NCBI RefSeq assembly: GCF_039541115.1
Contig: NZ_BAABFP010000008.1
Location: forward strand, 372,001-436,000
Reading direction: 5' to 3'
From: Angustibacter luteus
Lineage (GTDB): Bacteria > Actinomycetota > Actinomycetes > Actinomycetales > Angustibacteraceae
Length of the DNA: 64,000 nt
Position numbers and translations under genes: made by a program. Below, in pieces: positions 1 through 9,116 of the stretch. Numbering within the stretch: the first letter of the stretch is position 1; each line of letters opens with the position of its first letter. The notes under the pieces were generated by a model. The model was not told the DNA's origin. It saw only the letters and a program-made list of their open reading frames with translations, and made no database searches.

Positions 1-1934
1 GACAGCGTCACCGGAGCAGGGCAGGTCGCGGTCAGCGCGGCGCTGGTCTGGTGGCAGGTGAAGGTCACCGTCACCGATGTGGCGTACCACCCGTGGCGGG
101 ATGCCTTCGTGCTCGAGACGGCGGCGGTGATCACCGGGTCGCGGCGGGCCGTGGAGGCCGAGGAGCCGGTGAACGAGGTGTCTCCGGCGTAGATCGTCGA
201 GACCGCCCGGTCGGCGCCGTTGGGAACGCGGTGGGCGAGGGTCGCCGTCCCGCTGGTGAGGCTGGCGCTGCCGATCTTGGTCCCGGCAAGGTAGAAGTCG
301 ACGTTCCCGGTGGGGTCGCCGGCGCCCGGCACCGTCGGGGTCACGGTCGCGGTGATGGCGTTCGGGTCTATCGACACCGAGGAGGTGGTCGCGGCCTTGC
401 CGACGGTCAGGGCCTGGGGGGTGGCGCTGGACGCGGCGTATGTGTCCGAATCGGTCGGGGTGAAGACCGCGCCGACCGGGTGCGAGCCGACGGCCAGGCC
501 GGAGCCGACCAGGTTCGAGCTGGTGGCGGTACCGTCCGCGGCGAGTGCGAGGGGGCTGCCGACCGGTGCTCCGTCGAGGGTGAACTGGACGGACCCGTCG
601 TGGGTGCCGCTGACCGCGACCGTGGCGGTGGCCGCCTGGCCGAAGACGACGCCGCCGGTCGGCAGGCTCAGGGTGGTGGCCGTCGCGTTCAGTGCCACGG
701 CCAGGTCCTGGGTCGCGGTCGGAGCGGCGGTGTAGGTGCTGCTGCCGGCCTGATCGGCGGCGATCACGCACTGACCGGCGTGATTGAAGTCGACCTGACC
801 GCCGGTGCTGACCGTGCACGCAGGGCTGGTGGTGCTGAACGTGACCGTGTTGCCCGAGCCACCGCCCGTGGCGGTGACCACGGCGCTGCCGCCCACCGTG
901 GCGTTCGTCGGCGGGACCGAGGTGAAGGTGATGTCCTGGCTTGCGAACGGGGCGATCACCGAGAGCGTGTTGTCGGAGTTGACCACGTAGGCCCGGTGGG
1001 TGATGCGGTCGACCTCGACGGCCGTCGGGTGGTCGCCGACCGGGACGGTGGCGAGGATGGCGTTGCTGGTCTTGTCGATCACGGAAACCGTGTTGTCGCC
1101 GTAGTTCGTGACGTAGAAGAGACCGGCGGCCGGGTCGATGGCCACATCGGAGGGCTGGGTGCCTGCGGCCAGGGTGCCGGTGATGGCGGCGGCGTCGTTG
1201 CTGATGTCCACGACGGAGATGTTCCCGGAGTTGGCGACGTAGGCACGCTGGGTCTCCGGGTCGACCGTGACCTGGGTCGGGCCGCCGAAGCCGTAGAGGG
1301 TGTCGAGCGTGGCGGTGCCGGAGATGGTCGACAGGCTCCCGCCGTACAGCGTGGTGGCGTAGGCGCGGTGGGTGGTGGGGTCCACGTCCACCGCCCAGGG
1401 GCGGCTCTCCAGGTAGCCGGTTTCGGCGATGGTCGCGGGGCTCTGCGCCGGGTCGATCACCGACATGACCTGGGACCAGTAGTTCACGACGTAGACCAGG
1501 TGGGTCGTCGGGTCTACTGCCAGGCCGCGCGGGTTCGACAGCCCGGGGATCGTGTCGACAACGGTGTTGGTGCTGGTGTCGATCACCGATACCGAGCTGC
1601 CGTCCACCCCCTCGCCGAGGAATCCGTCTACCCCGTAGTTGGTGACGTAGGCCCGGTCGAGAACGGGGTCGAGTGCGATCCGTTGCGGTGAGTCACCGAC
1701 CGGGATCGTGGCCTTGACCGTGCCCGTGCTCGTGTCGACCACCGTCACCTGGTTCGAGCTGCCGTCGACGAGGTAGACCGACTGGTGAGCGGGATCGACG
1801 ACCAGGCTGTCGTTGAGGGGATGCGCGAAGTGGATCGTGTCGACCGGCGCGTAGGACGTCGAAGCGGTCGCGGGAGTCGCCGAACCCGCCATGACAGCTC
1901 CGGCGACCAGGGCCATCGTCACCGCACCGAGCAC
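1..1934 (-). CDS. Secreted YVTN/YncE beta-propeller protein with C-terminal bacterial Ig-like domains (runs off the window start)
   Basis: Not in the ORF track because there is no stop inside the window. Manual translation gives a signal-like VLGAVTMALVAGAVMAGSATPATA, then repeated 'V.VG..P..IA.D.....AYVTN' blades, then Ig-like repeats (TTLSL...FGQ...VQFTLDG, YAGDTSFTGS). Start uncertain: GTG 1934, ATG 1916 or further upstream. Confidence 0.85.
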   Translation of the reverse strand, partial: MLGAVTMALVAGAVMAGSATPATASTSYAPVDTIHFAHPLNDSLVVDPAHQSVYLVDGSSNQVTVVDTSTGTVKATIPVGDSPQRIALDPVLDRAYVTNYGVDGFLGEGVDGSSVSVIDTSTNTVVDTIPGLSNPRGLAVDPTTHLVYVVNYWSQVMSVIDPAQSPATIAETGYLESRPWAVDVDPTTHRAYATTLYGGSLSTISGTATLDTLYGFGGPTQVTVDPETQRAYVANSGNISVVDISNDAAAITGTLAAGTQPSDVAIDPAAGLFYVTNYGDNTVSVIDKTSNAILATVPVGDHPTAVEVDRITHRAYVVNSDNTLSVIAPFASQDITFTSVPPTNATVGGSAVVTATGGGSGNTVTFSTTSPACTVSTGGQVDFNHAGQCVIAADQAGSSTYTAAPTATQDLAVALNATATTLSLPTGGVVFGQAATATVAVSGTHDGSVQFTLDGAPVGSPLALAADGTATSSNLVGSGLAVGSHPVGAVFTPTDSDTYAASSATPQALTVGKAATTSSVSIDPNAITATVTPTVPGAGDPTGNVDFYLAGTKIGSASLTSGTATLAHRVPNGADRAVSTIYAGDTSFTGSSASTARRDPVITAAVSSTKASRHGWYATSVTVTFTCHQTSAALTATCPAPVTL

Positions 1935-2338
1935 CGCCTTCCTGCCCGAGCGTCCGAGGGCGCGAGCGGATCGGGCGGAGCGGCCGCCGTACGCAGACAG
2001 AGGGGAAGGCGTGCAGGCAGAGTCGCCCGAGAGGTGCTGAAGGATGGTGTCCCCCGAGATCGTGGTCGACGAGGATGTCTCGCCAGTTGTTTGGAACGCG
2101 TTGGAATGGGCTTCGGTACGCCGAGTCCCAGACTTGACCGTGAACAAGGCTCGACTGAGGTTCAGCGGCTGCGCGGTGGACCGTCTCACCGGCCCACGTT
2201 GTCCCGCGGCCGTTGTCGAACCCGTCGGGGCCGGGGACCGGTGTCTCTCTCCAGCATGACGGGCCCACTCAATACGGCACTTGCGCCGCAGTGGTCCCCT
2301 GCTTCCCGTGTTCGCTCGGGGACAGTACGGTCCGGAGC

Positions 2339-3352
2339 ATGAGAGCCATCGTCCAGGACCGCTATGGCTCGATCGACGATCTCAGGTTGCGGGAGGTGCC
2401 GACTCCGGTGCCGGCCGCGGACGAGGTGCTCGTCCAGGTGCGGGCAGCCTCTGTGCATCCCGACGTATGGCACGTGGTGACCGGTCAACCGGCAGTGCTG
2501 CGTCTCATGGGTTCTGGCCTGCAGCAGCCGAAGATGCATGTGCCGGGCACAGACGTCGCCGGGGTAGTGGTGTCCGTGGGTGCTGACGTGACCCGGTTCC
2601 GGCAGGGGGACGAGGTCTTCGGGGAAACCATCCGTGGAGTCCAGTGGCGCAACGGCGGTGCCTTCGCAGAGTTCGCCACGGCACCTGAGGAGGGACTCGC
2701 ACTCAAGCCGTCCACGATCGGCTTCGAAGAAGCGGCAGCCGTTCCGACCGTTGGCCTGATCGCGCTCAACAACCTGCCGCAGCGCCGCGTGCCGGTGGGC
2801 CATCGAGTCCTGGTCAACGGTGCCGCTGGCGGCGTGGGCTCCGTGGCGGTTCAGCTCGCGCGGGCGTACGGCGCGGAGGTCACCGCTGTCGACGGCCCAC
2901 ACAAGCTCGACCTCCTACGCGCCTTGGGTGTGGACCGGACCATCGACTACACGATGGAGGACTTCACCCAGAGCAGTGAGCGGTGGGACCTCATCTTCGA
3001 CGTGCCCGGCAACCACTCCTTCACCGAGATCCGCCAGGTCCTGTCACCGGGCGGTGGCTACGTGCTCATCGGCCATGACGCATTCGGTGCGACCGGGCAC
3101 CGCTGGCTCGGCAGCATCCCGCGCATGCTGGGGCTGGTAGCCCGCTCTGCGGTCACCCCCGAGCTGCGAGGCGGCTCGTTCGCGTCACCGGACAAGCGCG
3201 CGTTGATGGCCATCCTGAGCCAGCTCCTGACGACCGGTCAGCTCCGCGTCGTGATTGATCGGGCGTTCCCACTCGGCGAGGCAAGCCAGGCACTGCACCA
3301 CCTAGCCTCGGGACAGGCGGTGGGCCGCGTCGTCCTCGTTGTCAGCCCCTGA
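2339..3352 (+). CDS. NAD(P)-dependent MDR-family (quinone-reductase-like) oxidoreductase
   Basis: MRAIVQDRYGS...EVLVQVRAASV, PGTDVAGVV, VLVNGAAGGVGS nucleotide-binding motif, terminal GRVVL; TACGGT 7 nt before the ATG. Confidence 0.9.
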   Translation: MRAIVQDRYGSIDDLRLREVPTPVPAADEVLVQVRAASVHPDVWHVVTGQPAVLRLMGSGLQQPKMHVPGTDVAGVVVSVGADVTRFRQGDEVFGETIRGVQWRNGGAFAEFATAPEEGLALKPSTIGFEEAAAVPTVGLIALNNLPQRRVPVGHRVLVNGAAGGVGSVAVQLARAYGAEVTAVDGPHKLDLLRALGVDRTIDYTMEDFTQSSERWDLIFDVPGNHSFTEIRQVLSPGGGYVLIGHDAFGATGHRWLGSIPRMLGLVARSAVTPELRGGSFASPDKRALMAILSQLLTTGQLRVVIDRAFPLGEASQALHHLASGQAVGRVVLVVSP

Positions 3353-3488
3353 CGGGTGGCTGATCCACAGAAGCCGTCCGCTCCATTCCACCGCGTCGGA
3401 TCGCCCATGAGGACGCCCGACCGATTGGTTCCTGCGATGCACCTCTGAGGTGCCTGGACTTGCCCGCCGCCGATCTGGCGCCGGTTGG

Positions 3489-4133
3489 CTAGAGCAGGGC
3501 AGCAATGAGCGCTTCGGCGATCCAGGAGCCATAGCGACGCGAGCTCCACCCTCGCTCGAGGACGAGAAGCTCGTACTGCTCGGCGGCGTTGTAGGTCCAG
3601 AGCACGTCGCGTGCCTCGCTTCGGGTGATTCCTGTGCGGAGGTGACCAGCTCGATCCAGGTCGGCTGCGAAGTAGGCCATGCCGGCGAGGCGTTCGTCCT
3701 GCAGTTGCGTCCAGAGCTGGGCTGCTTCGGGATGGGTGGCCGCCGCGGCACGAATGACGAGCTGGACAGGCACGTGTCGAGGCGCGGTCCGAGCGAGAAA
3801 GGCCCCGTACAGCCGAAGCTTGCGTTGAGGGTCTGGTTCGGTGCGGACCTTGGTGAGTTGATCGCGCTCGACCACGGGTACAGATTCGTCATCGCCGGCG
3901 ATCGCGTTGTCGAAGACTGCCTTGGCGAGCACGGCCTTGTTGGGGAATGCCTTGTAGACGGTCTGGACGGCCACGCCCGACTCGGTCGCAACGCTGTTCA
4001 TGGTGGTCGCGGCGAATCCTCGCGACAGGAAGAGTTGGTGTGCTGCCGCGATGATCGCGGTCCGCGTGTGGCGTGCTTGTTGCTCTCGGGCCGGCGACCG
4101 GTAGTTGCGACGGGGGTTGACGTGATCAGGCAT
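3489..4133 (-). CDS. TetR/AcrR family transcriptional regulator
   Basis: IIAAAHQLFLSRGFAATTMNSVATESGVAVQTVYKAFPNK HTH. Confidence 0.92.
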   Translation of the reverse strand: MPDHVNPRRNYRSPAREQQARHTRTAIIAAAHQLFLSRGFAATTMNSVATESGVAVQTVYKAFPNKAVLAKAVFDNAIAGDDESVPVVERDQLTKVRTEPDPQRKLRLYGAFLARTAPRHVPVQLVIRAAAATHPEAAQLWTQLQDERLAGMAYFAADLDRAGHLRTGITRSEARDVLWTYNAAEQYELLVLERGWSSRRYGSWIAEALIAALL

Positions 4134-4138
4134 TTAGG

Positions 4139-4173
4139 TAGATGCTCCTCTATCAGATAGATACAACTCTATC
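4139..4173. promoter_or_regulatory. Two TAGA-N6-TCTA palindromes, probable TetR operators
   Basis: TAGAtgctccTCTA (4139-4152) and GATAGAtacaacTCTATC (4156-4173) lie between the divergent TetR gene and the 4200 operon. Confidence 0.7.
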
Positions 4174-4199
4174 GAAAGATGGGACAGGGGAGGCTCGAC

Positions 4200-4523
4200 A
4201 TGCCCTATGCAGTCCAGTACGACGTGCCCGGCGATGAAGCGCTCTACGGGAAGATCACAGCGGCCATCGGACCAAAGTTGCCGCCGGCCTTGCGGATGCA
4301 CTTGGTGGCCAAGGCGCCTTCGGGTCGACTCCGACACATCGAGGTGTGGGACAACGCGGAAGAGCAGGAACGATTCCAGCGCGAGCGTGTCGGACCGGCG
4401 ATCGCCGCGGTACTGCGCTCGCTGGGCATCGACGATGTTGCCGACCTGCCAGAGAGGGAGACCCTCGAGTTGGTCGACTGCCAAGTACCCGCCATGGCTC
4501 CCATGGGTTGGCGAGCAAGCTGA
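4200..4523 (+). CDS. Small hypothetical protein (possible ABM/dimeric alpha-beta barrel fold)
   Basis: GGGAGG SD before ATG 4200; 'LRHIEVWDNAEEQERF' pattern; its TGA overlaps the next ATG (TGATG). Confidence 0.75.
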   Translation: MPYAVQYDVPGDEALYGKITAAIGPKLPPALRMHLVAKAPSGRLRHIEVWDNAEEQERFQRERVGPAIAAVLRSLGIDDVADLPERETLELVDCQVPAMAPMGWRAS

Positions 4524-5014
4524 TGGTGACGTTCGTGGGTGTCGACCATGTGTCCTTCACGGTCACGGACCTCGATGCGAGTCAGCACTTCTACTCAGGG
4601 GTACTCGACTTCCTCATGGTGCTGGACGTCGGCTACGGCCGGATATTCATGCATCCCGAGACGGGTTTCACGCTGTCGCTGATGAAGCATGACGGCGCGC
4701 ACGGCGGTCGCTTCACTGAACTGGCAACCGGGCTCGACCACCTCGGTCTCACCGCCGGATCACGCGAGGACCTCGAGGAGTGGGAACACCGCTTCGACGA
4801 GCTGGGTGTGACCTACACGCCGATTCGAGACATGGAGTTCGGCTACCACCTCAACTTCCGCGACCCCGACAACATCGCGCTGGAACTCTCCGCCCCCAAC
4901 CAACTTCTGCTGGCGGCCAAGCAGGCACTGGCCGATGGGCGGGTGAGCGAGTCAGACATCAGCGCCTTCGTCGAAGACAACAACCTCGACCTCCCCAAAC
5001 CCGAGGACGGCTGA
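4523..5014 (+). CDS. VOC/glyoxalase family protein
   Basis: VDHVSFTVTDLDASQHFY ... LDHLGL ... FRDPDNIALEL. Confidence 0.9.
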   Translation: MVTFVGVDHVSFTVTDLDASQHFYSGVLDFLMVLDVGYGRIFMHPETGFTLSLMKHDGAHGGRFTELATGLDHLGLTAGSREDLEEWEHRFDELGVTYTPIRDMEFGYHLNFRDPDNIALELSAPNQLLLAAKQALADGRVSESDISAFVEDNNLDLPKPEDG

Positions 5015-5127
5015 AGCACAGCGAACTAGGTTCGCGCGGGCCGAGACGAGGCAGCAGCGGCGCCCGAAGTGCCGCGGCCACGGTGCGCCTCTTCGCTGCG
5101 TCGGACGCGCCACCGGGGCTTGGGCGC

Positions 5128-6558
5128 TCAGCTGGAGGTGTGCAGGCGCGCGGCGAGCCACGTCTTGGCGCCGGCTTCGTCCTCAAACTCTCCGTCATCC
5201 TGCGCCGCAAGTGCCGCCCGCAGCAATGGACCGAAGGCTGGACCGGGCATCATGCCTACCTCGATTAGGTGTTCACCGCGCAGCAGACCCGTAACCGGAG
5301 TCTGCTCAGCGCCGACTTCCTCCGCGAGGGCCAGCCAGGGACCAGTGCCGCCGGGACGGGACCCGCGGCCGCGGCCACCCTTGTCGGCCTCGACGACTAG
5401 TGCCCATTCGGTCATCGTTGCCGGGGCCAGCCGGCGGGCAAGGCGGCGTACCGCGGCCGCCGTCGGCTTGTTCGTCGACGCGGTCACCATGTGCTCGGCG
5501 ACCAATGGCAGTACCCGCCGTGTGAGGTGGTGAGGCGCGCCGATCGCACGCAGAAAGGTACGCGCCGGGGCTACGCCGGCCTCGGCGTGGCCGTGACTCG
5601 AGACCTTGAGGGTTCCATCCTTGCGGCGCGAGAACTGGGTGTGGTCGACCTTGCCGACGTCGTGCAGCAGGGTGCCAAGCACGATGACCGCGCGGTCGTC
5701 GCCGACTAGCCCTGCCTCGTCCGCCAGCCGTGCCGCTTGGTCGCCGGCCAACCCGGTGTGGGTGAACACGTCGCCTTCGGGGTGCCACCGCAAGTCCTGC
5801 TTCAGCCCGCGGAGCGCGGAGAGTTCGGGGAAGTGCACGTCCCATCCGGTTTCCACCAGAACGGTCAGGGCCCGGGCCATGTGCTTACCGCGAGTGGCGA
5901 TCTTGTACCACTCGGTCCAGACCCGCTCGGTCGACAGGTGCTCAAACTCGCCCACCAACTCCCGGCATAGCTCAGCCGTCTCGGGCGCCAGACGCAGCCC
6001 GAAGCGGGCAGCGAACTGCACCGCACGCAAGACCCGCAGTGGATCCTCCGCGAACGCGGGCGTCGTGTGCCGCAGGACGCCGGCCCGGAGGTCGTCCAAA
6101 CCGCCCCAGCAGTCGACCAGCTCGCCGGTCGCTGGGTCGAACAGCAGCGCGTTCAGTGTGAAGTCGCGTCGCGCAGACGCCTTAACCAGGGACGTGCGCG
6201 GATCGGCGACAACGTCGAATCCCCGGTGCCCGTCGCCGGACTTCACTTCTCGGCGGGGCAGGGATACATCGAAATCCTGCCCGTCGACGCGGACTTTCAG
6301 CACGGAGAAGGCGCGGCCGACCTCGTCAACGAGTCCCACAGTTCGTAGCGCGGCGGCGACAGCGTCCACGTCCAGGTGGAACACCTCGACGTCCACGTCC
6401 TTGAACGTGAGCTCCGGTTCAAGCAGTGCATCGCGCACCGATCCGCCGACCACGAAGGGGCGGCCTCCCACGGCGGCCAACGCGTCCAGCAGGGTGCTTG
6501 CAGCCTCGGACAGCCGGAATGTCCCTGGGAAGGGAACCCGACTCTCGAAGCCCGTCAT
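5128..6558 (-). CDS. cca: Class II tRNA nucleotidyltransferase (CCA-adding) with HD phosphatase domain
   Basis: GGSVRDALL...KDVDVE (motif A), RRDFTLNA (B), EDPLRVLRAVQFAARF (D), STERVWTEWYK (E), HPEGDVFTHT and LLHDVGK (HD domain). Confidence 0.88.
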   Translation of the reverse strand: MTGFESRVPFPGTFRLSEAASTLLDALAAVGGRPFVVGGSVRDALLEPELTFKDVDVEVFHLDVDAVAAALRTVGLVDEVGRAFSVLKVRVDGQDFDVSLPRREVKSGDGHRGFDVVADPRTSLVKASARRDFTLNALLFDPATGELVDCWGGLDDLRAGVLRHTTPAFAEDPLRVLRAVQFAARFGLRLAPETAELCRELVGEFEHLSTERVWTEWYKIATRGKHMARALTVLVETGWDVHFPELSALRGLKQDLRWHPEGDVFTHTGLAGDQAARLADEAGLVGDDRAVIVLGTLLHDVGKVDHTQFSRRKDGTLKVSSHGHAEAGVAPARTFLRAIGAPHHLTRRVLPLVAEHMVTASTNKPTAAAVRRLARRLAPATMTEWALVVEADKGGRGRGSRPGGTGPWLALAEEVGAEQTPVTGLLRGEHLIEVGMMPGPAFGPLLRAALAAQDDGEFEDEAGAKTWLAARLHTSS

Positions 6559-6830
6559 CGTGCCCCTTCCAGTGGTTCGACGCGCGTTGCCAGAACAGTT
6601 GGCCGGGACAGGCAGAGTAGGCGTCCCTGGTCCCCTGCCGCACGTGGGCCCACCGAGGGTGCCGAGCCATGGCTCTATCAGCGCGGCCGGGTTCGGGGTT
6701 CGATAGAACGCCGATGATGGGCGCGATGCGCACCAACGGCTGGGTTCAGCAGGTCGCCATCGACGAGGGCACTGTCCCGGGGTGTCCACGGCTGAGGCCC
6801 AGGGTCCCCACCACGCTCTAGTCTGAACAG

Positions 6831-7280
6831 GTGCTCACGAACCGGTCGGCGCCGCACGCGCGCGTGACCCCCGTCCTGACCGTGGCTGACGTCCGATCGG
6901 CCGTGGCCTGGTACATCGAGGTCTTCGGCTTCGTCGAACACGTCCGCATCGGCGACAGGCATCGCTCGCAGCTCGGCCTCCCGGACGGGCCGCCAGCCGA
7001 GCTGGTGGTGGCAGAGGTTCGGCCAGGACGGCGAACACCGGAGAACGAACGCTCCCACCAGGTAATGCTGAAGGTCGCGGACGTCGCGAGAGTCGTCGAG
7101 ACTGCCGTGGCCCGGGGAGCGCGGCTGGTCGATCCGCCGCACGACTGGGAGTACGGCGAGCGGCAGGCCGCCATCGATGATCCGTTCGGGCACCAGTGGG
7201 TGCTCAACCAAACGCTGACCGACGTGGCGCCCGAGCAGTGGGGCGGGAACACCGTGACCCCGCGAGCGCCGTCCCCCTAG
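6831..7280 (+). CDS. VOC family (PhnB-like) protein
   Basis: PVLTVADVRSAVAWYIEVFG...YGERQAAIDDPFGHQW; TAGTCT 6 nt before the GTG. Confidence 0.88.
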   Translation: MLTNRSAPHARVTPVLTVADVRSAVAWYIEVFGFVEHVRIGDRHRSQLGLPDGPPAELVVAEVRPGRRTPENERSHQVMLKVADVARVVETAVARGARLVDPPHDWEYGERQAAIDDPFGHQWVLNQTLTDVAPEQWGGNTVTPRAPSP

Positions 7281-7464
7281 CCGCCGGCCGCCCCGGAGCC
7301 TCCCGCGGAGCTAGCCCGAGCGAGCCTGAGTAGCGATGGGACGCCCGCCCTCGAGCACGTGCTCGTCGATATGAACCTGGCACAACATGGCGGATCGCCC
7401 CGCCCGGCCTCGTTCGCCCGCTCATCGGCAGGACCGCTCATGCTCGGCGGCGCGACCGCTCGGT

Positions 7465-7600
7465 GAGATGACGAAGAAGGGGCACACCAGTCGTCCGAGG
7501 TGCCCCATCTCTGTCACCTCAGCATGGGTTCAGGATGACGGCGGCGAGATCAGAGAAGTGGGGCGTGGCGCCGACCTCAAGTGCCCCACTTCTCTGCATT
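7465..7600. repeat. Two tandem related imperfect palindromes (REP-like)
   Basis: GAGATGACGAAGAAGGGGCAC...GTGCCCCATCTCTGTCACCTC (17/21 paired) and a perfect 14-bp IR CAGAGAAGTGGGGC (7551-7564) / GCCCCACTTCTCTG (7583-7596). Confidence 0.7.
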
Positions 7601-7808
7601 CGACGGATGCACTCATCTCGGCATGAGAGTGCGATTGAGCTTCATGGCCCGAGCCCCGAAATGGGACAGGCCCAGTAAGGGACGACTCAGCGCCGACCAG
7701 ATCGAGACGATCTTCGACCAGGCGCGACGGTCGACGACGTGGACGACGTAGCGGCATCCTGGGGCCCTCGACCCCTGCCTTCGCGCGGCAGGCGCCTAGC
7801 CTGTGCTG

Positions 7809-8111
7809 GTGACCCTGGACGAGGTTGGCCGGTACGCGGAGTCGCTCCTTCACGTCAAGCGCAAGGGAACGCAGTCGCGTCCCGCCTGGTACGTCCACGA
7901 CCGGCTGGTGGTGCGCCTGCAGGACCCCAACACGGTGGTGATCCGGGTTCCGCTGAGCGAGCGGGAGTCACTCCTCGAGCGCTTCCCGGACAGCTTCGGC
8001 GTGCCCCCTCGCATGGAGGCGCATCACAAGGTCGAGGCCTATCTCGATCGGGCTCAGCCGCAAGCTGTTCGCACGGCCATCGACCTGGCGTGGGAGATGC
8101 AGCGTCATTGA
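7809..8111 (+). CDS. MmcQ/YjbR-like small protein
   Basis: RPAWYVHDRLVVRL...LSERESLLERFPDSFGVPP...AIDLAWEMQR; TAGCCT 6 nt before GTG 7809. Confidence 0.7.
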   Translation: MTLDEVGRYAESLLHVKRKGTQSRPAWYVHDRLVVRLQDPNTVVIRVPLSERESLLERFPDSFGVPPRMEAHHKVEAYLDRAQPQAVRTAIDLAWEMQRH

Positions 8112-8122
8112 CCGGCCGCCGG

Positions 8123-9079
8123 TCAGGTTGGCAGGACCACCACCTTGCCCAGCGCGAGCCCCTCCCCGACGTACGCGAGCGCTGCCGGCACCTGGTCGAG
8201 CGCGAACGTGCGGTCGACGTGGATCGCCACGGACCCGTTGGCGCACAGGTCACCTAGCCGCGTGAAGTGGCCCGGACCTTGCTTCACCGCCAGCACTCCG
8301 ATCGAGCGGCCGCTGACCACGCCGAGCAGCGAACCGGCGGTGAGCACCCGCAGCAGCGTGCGGACCGAACCACCTACACACCGGTACCGTCCGCGCCGGG
8401 CGAGCGCGCGCCGGTAGGCGTAGACCGACCGGTGGGCGACCAGGTCCAGGACGAGGTCGTAGGGCTGGGCGGTCCGGGTGAAGTCGTCCTTCCTGTAGTC
8501 GAGCACGTCGTCGGCCCCCACCGACCGCATGAAGTCCAGCTTGCCGCCGTTGTCGACCCCTGTGACATAAGCCCCGGCCTGCTTCGCCAGCTGGATGGCG
8601 AAGGACCCGGAACCACCGCCGGCCCCGTTGATCAGCACGCGGTCACCTGCCGTGGCCCAGCGCGTTCCCTGCAGTGCGATCGCGCCCGCCTGCGGAATCG
8701 TCGAGGCCGCCGCGAACGACAGGCCGGACGGTTTGAGGGCCAGCGCCGACTCCGGGACCACCGCGTACTCCGCGAAGCCGCCCTTGAGCGCGAGGTTGTC
8801 GCCGTACACCTCGTCGCCGACCCGGAACCGGGTCACCCCGCCCCCGACGTCGGTGACTACCCCGGCGACGTCCGACCCGAGCGTCCGTCGCGCGGGCGAC
8901 CGCAGGCCACCGATGCGCGCGTATGCCGGGGACCCGCGCAGGCACTCCCAGTCGCTGAGGTTCACCGACGTTGCCGCGACCTTGATCAGCACCTGATCGG
9001 CTGTGGGGGCTGGCGTCGGCACGTCCTCGACCCGCAGCACCTCGGGTCCGCCGTACCGGTCGTAGACGACTGCCTTCAC
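8123..9079 (-). CDS. NAD(P)-dependent MDR-family oxidoreductase
   Basis: VKAVVYDRYGGPEVL, LGSDVAGVV, VLINGAGGGSGS, GKVVV; same subfamily as 2339-3352. Confidence 0.9.
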   Translation of the reverse strand: MKAVVYDRYGGPEVLRVEDVPTPAPTADQVLIKVAATSVNLSDWECLRGSPAYARIGGLRSPARRTLGSDVAGVVTDVGGGVTRFRVGDEVYGDNLALKGGFAEYAVVPESALALKPSGLSFAAASTIPQAGAIALQGTRWATAGDRVLINGAGGGSGSFAIQLAKQAGAYVTGVDNGGKLDFMRSVGADDVLDYRKDDFTRTAQPYDLVLDLVAHRSVYAYRRALARRGRYRCVGGSVRTLLRVLTAGSLLGVVSGRSIGVLAVKQGPGHFTRLGDLCANGSVAIHVDRTFALDQVPAALAYVGEGLALGKVVVLPT

Positions 9080-9116
9080 GCGCACTCCCGTTCGCTGCTG
9101 GGGATCGTGGACGGCC

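Noticed and set aside
51..1691. 546-aa plus-strand ORF
   Set aside because: Antisense shadow of the minus-strand YVTN/Ig gene; G/R/V-rich with no motifs
6671..6710. Degenerate IR GGCTCTATC...GATAGAACG
   Set aside because: Only 7/9 paired and single; too weak to call a REP or operator
7352..7365. Perfect palindrome CGAGCACGTGCTCG resembling an SOS box
   Set aside because: Mismatched at the conserved GAAC core in both halves, with no clear downstream gene
7387..7626. 79-aa ORF in the gap
   Set aside because: Runs through the palindromic repeats, with atypical codons and no recognisable motif
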